Below, piece after piece: positions 55,976 through 64,000 of a stretch of 64,000 nucleotides of DNA; position 1 is the stretch's first letter, and each line of letters starts with the position of its first letter. The stretch comes from Azolla caroliniana. Taxonomy: Eukaryota; Plantae; Polypodiophyta. Location: the NCBI GenBank assembly GCA_043228905.1, contig JBHGNT010000011.1, positions 992,001-1,056,000 of the forward strand, read 5' to 3'. The position numbers were made by a program, and so were the translations under genes. The notes below the pieces were generated by a model. The model searched no databases. It was not told the DNA's origin and saw only the letters and a list, made by a program, of their open reading frames with translations.

Positions 55976-58900
55976 GTATGTACCCGGAGAGAGATCCGGA
56001 TGCGGGGACATATTTGTGAATATGTTTGCCAAGGGCCCTCATGGCTATATTTGTAAATAGCCTGAAAGTCATATGTGTATAAATATGACTTAGGGCAAAC
56101 TGTTTGTGTGCTGCTGTAAGTCTGTTACTCATTTCCTGTTTTTTCACTTAGAGTGAGCTAAGTGAGCAGCAGAGAGAGAGTGAGAGGGAGAGAGACGAAG
56201 AGGTCGTTGCCTCTGTGTAATACCGCCGCCTGTGGCGAGGATAGCAAGCTCAAGGTCGTCGCCTTGCAGCTCGCCATTGTATATTGCTCTGTGCATAGTT
56301 TTGGTTTGGAGTCTTGCACTCCCGTGGTTTTTCCCGTATAGGGTTTTCCACGTTAATCCCTGTGTTATCGTGTCTTTCTCTGCGTTTCCTATTTTCTGCT
56401 GCATTGATTCGCGATTTCTCGGTTGTGGCCGAACGGTGAAGGTGAATCTGAGCGTTGTTTTACAACAATGTAGTCGTTATAGCCGAATCGGCTGACCGGA
56501 TTCTTTTCACAGGTGGAGCGACGGAGCTTTTCATTTGCAGAGATGAGGGCATTCGTAGCTCCGATTGGTACATCGAAGCTGCCGAACTCATTGTCAAGTG
56601 AGTGAGTCAACTCATCGTCGTCGAAGCGATCGTCTTCATATTCTGACATTTTCGCCTTGCCTTTGTCCATCTTTGGGCTAGGCCGTGATGTGCTTTGATC
56701 GCTCAAAGGCTCTTGTGGTCCGCTCAATCAGGTCGTGATCGGACTTTCTTCGAACATGCGTGTAAGACGATATTCATCCTCTATCTCTTGTTCGGCGGAT
56801 TCCGAGTCGAGCGGAGTCGGAGTCGAAGTTGTCTCTGGTGCGTACCAAGATACGGACTCGTCAAAAACGACGTCTCAACTTACTCGAGATTTTCGAGTTG
56901 AGGGGTTGTAGCACTTGTACCACTTTTGCTCCAGTGAGTATCCTATGAGGATACATTTCTCCAACTTTGGGTCAAGCTTTTGACGCTTCTCGTCGGGGAT
57001 GTGCACGTATGCAATCGTGCCGAATATTTGGGTGTGCGATAAGTCCGACTTCTTTCGGAAGTATTTTTCGTGCGGAATGGCCTCATGCACTCCGGATGTT
57101 GTGCATCGGTTCATTAGGTAGATGGCCGTATTTGCAACTGCGGCCCAATATGACTTGAGCATATGCTTCTTGTTCATCATGGCCCGCGCTACTTCGAGGA
57201 TGTGCCGATTTTTACACTCAGCTACTCCGTTTTGTTGTGGAGTGTGTCAGCAAGGGAATTCTCGCCGAATTCCTTCCTTTCGGAGATACGCCGTGAAATC
57301 GTCCGAGAAGTACTCCTTGCCGAGATCCGATCGAAGGCATCATACATGACGACCAGTGGCTTTTTCAACTTCGTTTTTAAACCTTTGGAAGTGTCCGAAC
57401 ACTTCGCTCTTTTCCCGCATCAGGTAGATCCAAGTGTGCATAGAGAAATCGTCAATGAATAGCACGCAATATCTGCATCAGCCGAATGTAGTTGTCTGTG
57501 CCGGTCCCCTTATGTTGGAATGGACTACGTCGAGTAGACCTTTGCTCACGTTCCGCTCTTTCGGGAATGGGTGTTGGTGTTGCTTGCCGAATTAGCACGC
57601 TTCGCATACACCTTCAATCTCCTTCTCTTTGAATGTTGGGAGTCCAATGACGACTCCTTTCGATTTCATTGCTTTGAGTTTGTTGAGATTGATGTGGCCG
57701 ATTCGCTTATGCCATAGCTGTATGTCGGAGTCGGCTTTCGTTCTTTTTGCGAACATGCGGATTTCATCTCGTGTGAATCGAGAATGAACATCCGACCCTC
57801 TCTTCTTCCGCGCGCGATGATTCGGCCCTCTTTTTCGATGAAACACCCTTCTTGGTCGAATCGTACTTACGTCCCTTGCTCAATCATTTGGCCGACCGAG
57901 ACCAAGTTCTTCCTGATGGTGGGAACATGCAAGACATTTTTAATGTATGTTTGCTTACCTCTTTCACCGAACGGAAAATTGCCGATGTGCCGAATCGGGT
58001 GCGTAGTGTCATCTTCGGTTTCGACATAACTGGGTCGCTCCGGCTCTCGAAGTTCTAGAAACCATTCTTTATGAGATGTCATATGGTTTGAGGCTCCAGA
58101 GTCAACAAACCATACGTCCTCCAGATTGAGGGCACTAGTTGAGGTAGAGGCCGACATAGAGTTTGCTCTATGTTTCATCATGAACATTCCGCCACGGTCG
58201 GAGTTGTGTGCATACATTCCGCCACGATCTTCGTAGTCAGAGTTGTGCCCATACATTCCGCTATACTCTTCGTAGTCAAAATTGTGCGCGTAATTCGTGA
58301 GTTGTCGGCTTGTGGAAGCCGATTCGCGCATCTTCTTTCGTCACTCTTCTTCGTGGTGGCCGAGCTTTCCGCAATATCCGCATTTGGTTGTGTTTTGACA
58401 ACTCTGGCCGGAGTGGAAGCTCCCCCTTCTTGCAAAGGTTCCTCGTTGGCTTCCGTTTTGCGGTCGAAATTGGGAGTTGTTGTCATAGGTCGGACCTCGT
58501 CCGCCTTGTCCTTGGCTAAATCAGCCTCTCGCTCATCCACGTCCTCTTCATCCGTTCAGGTGCATCTAGAGCATGTGGCCTTCCAACTCATTCCTCCTTG
58601 TATGTACGTGGTTTTCTTCGACCAAGAGCATTGATTGGAGCTCGAAGAAGGAGGGAGATTTTTCCCTTGCTAGAACGACGGTTCGCATCGCGCCGAATCG
58701 TGGTGGGAGGCCGTTGAGGCATATTTGCACCATCTCATCATCATCGATATTTACGCTTATCGAGCCAAGCGAGTCGCAAAGCTCCTTGATCTTCAAGGTG
58801 TATGTCGTGATGGACATGTCCCTTTGTTGAATGTTGTTCAACACTTGGTGGAGTTGAAGCCTCTTGCGGTTGTGTTCGCCGCGAAAATCTTTCGTAGATT

Positions 58901-59407
58901 TTCCCATGCCTCCTTCGACATCTTGGCTTCACGAATGTAGCCGAGCATGTGATCGTGAACACATGTCGTCAAGCAATACATCACACGGCTTGCGGCTTGA
59001 TCCCATGTCACGTATCCGGGAGCCGTGTCGACAGGTCGGTCTTCGTGCGCTCCTTTGATGTAGCTCCAATAGCCTTGTCTGACAAGGTATTGGTGCATCT
59101 TGTACTCCCAAGATGCGAAGTTGTTTCGATCCAACTTCTCGGTAGGGAGAGCGCTCCCTATTTGAGTATTCATTATGTCGATTATTCTTCTTCTTCTTCT
59201 TCTCTCTTTGAATGCGAGCTATGTAGCGAAGCTACGATAGCGATGAGCCGGTTCTTGGTCGTCAGCATAGGACACAACGCACGCGGATGGGCTAGATCGA
59301 GCTACCAAGTTGCTCTGATACCATGTAAAGAATCAAGAGATGGATTCTGTGCAACAGAATAGATATGACCTGTGTGTGTGTATGAGAGAGAGAGAGAGAG
59401 AGAGAGA

Positions 59408-59451
<44 letters not shown>

Positions 59452-59762
59452 AAGAGACAAGGAGTAAGACACAGAGAATACGCAAGGTAAAGTATATTTA
59501 CAAAGGAGAAAGACTCGACATTATACAAGGTGGGAGGAGGGTGCTTTATATTGTCACCCTCTCTCTTCATTAACTACAAGACTCATTGAGCATGGGGAAT
59601 GTGAAAGCTCATAAGTTATGTGTCATAGAATATGATTCTATGACTCATGCTAAATGCTAGAATACAAAGTGGTGACACAATGGTGACTCTTGACCATTGG
59701 AGTGTCTATTCACTCTCAAGGTGAGTTCACACACTAGACCAAGTTGAGCTTGATTCTCAACA

Positions 59763-60058
59763 CATTATTTTAAAAACAAAAAACGACACACATGTGAACG
59801 TTCTTTGTAGCTTTGCCAACTCTAAAGGTGAGAATTCCCATTTTTCTTTTTCTTCTTTATGTATCCAATCCTTACCTTCTTTTGTGCCCATCTCCAAAAG
59901 AGCACAACTCCTAGTTATAAATATGGCCTAAGCCATTATGCCAATTACTTAAACCCCACACTTCCACACCTACTGTGTCATTATTTTAAAAACAAAAAAC
60001 GACACACATGTGAACGTTCTTTGTATCTTTGCTAACTTTGAAGGTGAGAATTCCCATT
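59763..60058. repeat. about 220-bp tandem duplication whose first unit is split by the 18-kb nest (left half at ~41640-41781)
   Basis: ATCCAATCCTTACCTTCTTTTGTGCCCATC...CTGTGTCATTA occurs at ~41660-41781 and ~59863-59983. The second unit is uninterrupted. Confidence 0.9.
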
Positions 60059-61625
60059 GTTTTGAAGTTGAAGGTGCTCCTTTACATTCTTTTCCATGGT
60101 CTCAATACTAATGAATCTCACTTGAAATGGATGTTTAGTAGGAGTTCTAATTGACCAATGATTTCTTAGTGAAAGAACTCACACCTAAGGTGAACACGTT
60201 GTAATCTACATACCGAAAGAGAGGTTTCATTTATGCGCAATTATTGTTCTAAGTAGTGATCAGATGGCGTGGACTCCATTGTTCATCCTAAAGGTGTAGA
60301 GCACAGATTTGCTACTAGCATTGTGGAAGTAGACTAGGACCAAATTCCATGTGATTTATTGAACAAAGTGGATACTTTACATAAAAGTCACACCTCCCGT
60401 TTTAAACCAATGTTAATTATCTTTAATTTATAGTTGATTAGTCGAGTTATCACTTGTCTAATATATTCTAATAACACTGTATAGTTGATTTCTAACTTTA
60501 TCATTGTACAATCATCTACCACTTGCCTAACATATTGTCTCTGGTAAACCTTGTGCCTTTTCCATCTCTCTCTCATCTCACACACATATTACACATACAT
60601 TTTCGTTTGCTTTATACTTAGTCCTTGTATAATTATATCTTAACTCTTCATAATTGATCTAGCAAGCAACATTATGCAAAGATGCAACCATGGTAGAAAG
60701 GGTAGTTCACATTCTAAGTTACAATTTCTAAAAAGGATATTTTAGGTAGTGTTGATTTGAACTTTAGAGCTAAATCAAAATAGGAATGGACTTCAATTGT
60801 TTTTGTTGCATACTTTGATTCAAAGAAAGCTTATTGTTTTTGTTGCATGCTTTGATTTAAAGAAAGTTGACACCGTCACATGTCATCTAATTGCCAATCA
60901 AATTTGAGATTACTCTTTTCATATTTGATCGCATTTGTCGTGTTGTTATTTGACAATAAGATAGTGAGTACATTTTTTATATAGACAAGTGGAGTTAAGG
61001 CATACCTACAAAAGTTGGGGTTTTGATATGGTAATTTTGTTTATTAGAGCAAGAGGAGATTCTATGAAGAGTAAGTTCGTCCAACTCATGCTTATTCTTT
61101 AAATAAGATAGTAGTAACATATATCAATTAGTGCAAAAACCATCCTCGAACAAAACACAAGGGGTCAATCTGATTTTTTAGGCTTAACATCCATCAAGCA
61201 ATTCTAAAGAAAATTGGTCAATATTTCTCCTCATTTATCAATATAAGGACATCTACAAGGATTTTCCATCCAAGCGTGGCTGATTTCCATTCAATGAACC
61301 TTTTCCCAAATAATGCAACAATAGCATATTACCCTGTTGTTCAATAACCAGCTATTTGATGCACAAAAGAATGCCCTGTGTTTCTCGTTGAGGAAACAAA
61401 ATCTTAATGAAATGGAATATCAAAGAAACACTACACTGCATTCCAACAAAAATTCCAAAAATTTGCATTTAGTGGAATTAAAATTCAAGGTGTGATTATT
61501 GAAAAGATAGGTCTGTTATAACAATGAATACATATCCATTTCAGTAAAACAGCAAGTTTAGCACAAACAACCCTTCTTGACGATGAAAACCTCTAGTTTC
61601 CTACAAAAGGTCTTTGCCGACATGA

Positions 61626-61683
61626 CTACCTTTTACCAGTTGATTTGAGGGCAATTGCAATCATGTCAGAAAATCTCTCTTGC
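61626..61683 (-). CDS. AP3S: AP-3 sigma subunit, last coding exon
   Basis: tttacag| acceptor, phase-compatible with the previous exon across a 193-bp GT-AG intron; reads (K)QERFSDMIAIALKSTGKR*. Confidence 0.75.
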
Positions 61684-61876
61684 CTGTAAAACAGCATAAA
61701 TGCCATATTCTAAGATATTTAAAAAGCAAATTTTGCAATATTCGAGAATACAAGTCAGGGCTATTCTTGCAGGGTTAACAACCCTTGATTCATTTTGTTC
61801 ACTTGTTCTTTCTCATCAAAATCGCTAAAAAATGAACAATCAACAAAATTGTGAAAAACTAGGAGGGTAGTATTAC

Positions 61877-61968
61877 TTAAAAACTTCTTCTGCTGCCTTG
61901 ATGACTTCGATGGGATTGGTTTCCACTACTTGACCTCCAACAATGATCTCATCTAAAATAGTATGCAC
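61877..61968 (-). CDS. AP3S: AP-3 adaptor complex sigma subunit, penultimate coding exon
   Basis: Manual translation VHTILDEIIVGGQVVETNPIEVIKAAEEVF(K) matches the plant AP-3 sigma C-terminal motif (LDEIVFGGQVLET...V.KAVEEI). Flanked by ag| and |gtaata. Confidence 0.85.
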
Positions 61969-62699
61969 CTCCAAAATACACATGACATTGAAAAACTAAT
62001 CAGCTTGAGGCCAAAATACTCATTTACATGCAAAAAAACAACAAAACTGAAAAGAGAACGTAAACATACACAATGGAGCATATCAAACTTTTTATTGAGA
62101 CACTAACTTCTCGCCATTTTAGTGACATTCGCAATACTACAATGTTTAGCTTTGTTCATTTTCACATGCTCTTTATAAGCTCTTTCATTCATTTTTCACT
62201 TGTCTTTTCTCATCCAATGATTGAATGGTAGTACATAACGGCATATATCAACCTTATTTGAGGATATACTAGCTTTTCATAATTTTAGTGATATCCAAGA
62301 TATTATATTTTCTATTGGTTTTGCTCATTTTTACATGGCTTTTATAAGCCCTCTCATGCATTTTTTACTAGTCTCTATTCATCTAATTATTCAATGGTTT
62401 TGTGGGTTTTGGAAGATTGTATTCTTTTTTATTAAAGGACGGCTAATCATAATTCATATAGTTGGGAGGAGGATCATGTTCTAGTCATTCTTTACGTTAA
62501 ATCTGAACAATGTCCCTTTCCATACTATGCTGAACAGAAGAAAAGAAAGTCTATTCTGCTCCACCCCATAGAATCAGGATACAAAGTTCTGCTCCACCCA
62601 TAGCATACATATGCATCATATGCATATGTATGCATAGGTCTCATCAGCTAAAAAAGTAGCACATAAAATGTCCTCAACATCTAACAGCTCCTCTACGAT

Positions 62700-63770
62700 T
62701 ACATTAGAGGCCAAATTGGCCTTCTCTTTGTCCTTTTGGCTGTCATGTGCATCAATCTTGTCCTTTTTCTTATCTCTAGAATTCTTCTTTCTTTCGAGTT
62801 CTACTTTGTAATAGTGGCAATCAAGTTTCTTGTGGCCTTTCCTGCAACATTGATAATGTTACATCATTGCTTTTACCTTTGCTGCTATTTCCCCTTTCCT
62901 TGCGTCTACTTTTGTTCCTGTATACATAGTTACTTCTCTTATCTGTCCTACCTCTAACCATGTTGGCTGAGCTACCACCTTCTCCACTTACTTTTCTCTT
63001 GATCTCTTCATTGCGTATGGAAACCCTAACACCATCAAAGGTCAAGTTGGAGTCATAATATCTCCCATGAGTCGAGTAGTGTCATAAGCAAGAAAATGGC
63101 TCTGAGCTTGTCATCAAAAGGAGCCATTCTTGAGACTCATCCAGTTGCAAGCCAACAAGCTTTCGCATCAAATGTACTTGATGAACATGCGTAGTGTTTT
63201 CATATGTAGCCTTCAGCTTAGCAAATAGTTCAGAAGTAGATACCAAGCCTTTGAGATCCACCAAATCTCATCGGAAATAGCCATCTTAATATATGTGATG
63301 TTGGGAATAAAGGGCCATTGTGCACGAGTGTGAACGTACTCGTAGCACATTTTTGACTTGTATATACATAATATCTAAAAACCAAAAAAGTGGTACACTC
63401 TTCGTACCCAAGACAGCGTGCATCCCTCTCTCTCTCTCTCTCTCTCTCTCTCAGACTCTCTCCATCTCTGGTTGACCTAAACCCTAATCCTCGTGCTGCC
63501 CCTTCATGTGACAGCCTTTTTGTTCAAAATTCGCCATACATCTTCCTACATGTTCTCTGGTTTTTCTGCATCCAATGCCCTGTCACAATCCTTCAAAAAG
63601 AGAACTCCTGGGCTCCAAAACATCACAAGAGAAATTCTGGGGAAAAATAAGTAATTTTGGGCACAAAAACAGATCTCTAAATTTTCTGCCCAAAGAATTT
63701 CAGAACCTTAATCTTTACTGTACAACAACCTGTGCAGCAGTTCTGAAACCCTAAATCTGCTCTGATACCA
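62700..63770 (-). mobile_element. old copia 5' remnant (PBS plus gag) within the presumed AP3S intron
   Basis: GCTCTGATACCA at 63759-63770. Gag-like LFAKLKATYEN...HLMRKLVGLQLDES and LTFDGVRVSIRNEEIKRK. Confidence 0.7.
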
Positions 63771-63829
63771 GTTGAAAGGGTCAGAAATTGTCAATAAGGC
63801 TGAGAAACACTCAGGGTTTTAGGTGTAGC

Positions 63830-63961
63830 AATAGAGTGATGGCTGGCAAGAACATTGAGCTTGTCAAAGTACATACAAATAATAATCCTGCAAATCTTCT
63901 CAAGAAGGGTCTTCCCACTGAGCGATTTGCTCATTTCCGATAGATGATGGGAGTTGGATAG
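63830..63961 (+). pseudogene. copia RNase H C-terminal remnant
   Basis: IELVKVHTNNNPANLLKKGLPTERFAHFR*MMGVG resembles the copia pol end (KVHT..NPAD.LTK.LP...F). Confidence 0.65.
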
Positions 63962-64000
63962 ATGTATGTAGTTCAGCTTTGTACATACTTGGACTTAGCT

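Larger units (their letters stand above)
43588..56467 (+). mobile_element. young Tto1/Tork-like Ty1/copia element (family A), interrupted by the Gypsy at 47798-55166
   Basis: LTRs 43588-44243 and 55731-56467 are near identical apart from 3 extra 27-bp units. TSD ATGTA (43583-43587 / 56468-56472), PBS TGGTATCAGAGC at 44246-44257, PPT GAAGGGGGAG before 55731. Confidence 0.97.
41782..59762 (-). mobile_element. Ty1/copia element family B, copy 3 (degenerate), host of the 43588-56467 nest
   Basis: LTRs 41782-42169 and 59324-59762, TSD CATTA (41777-41781 / 59763-59767), PBS 59312-59323. Gag 58838-59173 MNTQIGSALPTEKLDR, RT-RH 42576-43442. Confidence 0.95.

Noticed and set aside
60775-62400. Short local duplications (~40 bp at 60797-60865; ~140 bp at 62115-62398)
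   Set aside because: Ordinary two-copy slippage duplications in intergenic or intronic DNA with no further structure.
63470-63760. AAACCCTAA motifs as interstitial telomere
   Set aside because: Isolated telo-box-like copies within a copia leader; not a tandem array.

Overview
Plant nuclear heterochromatin-like window, probably from a non-seed plant such as a fern (inference from the TE lineages and a PLS-type PPR remnant). About 90% is nested transposons, and most junctions can be resolved through LTR pairs and target-site duplications (TSDs). Nest 1 (1-20330): chromovirus <- Trp-primed-family Gypsy <- Tto1/Tork-like Copia <- Athila/Tat-like Gypsy carrying an intact 946-aa extra ORF. Next come an L1-type LINE split by a Copia, a decayed hAT split by a Copia and a solo LTR, and a PPR remnant. 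Nest 2 (41782-59762): Copia <- young Tto1-like Copia <- intact tRNA-Trp-primed Gypsy. The only host gene seen is the last two coding exons of an AP-3 sigma subunit (61626-61968, minus). The most notable system is the TGTCGT...ACGACA Gypsy family (4 insertions, 5 LTRs). Every LTR carries an antisense tRNA-like Pol III A/B-box cassette with fixed spacing. All insertions sit in CpG-centred target sites, with 4-bp TSDs where both flanks are visible. The intact copy has a GGAUUUU plus pseudoknot -1 frameshift placed between protease and RT. All calls were made by eye; no database searches were run.
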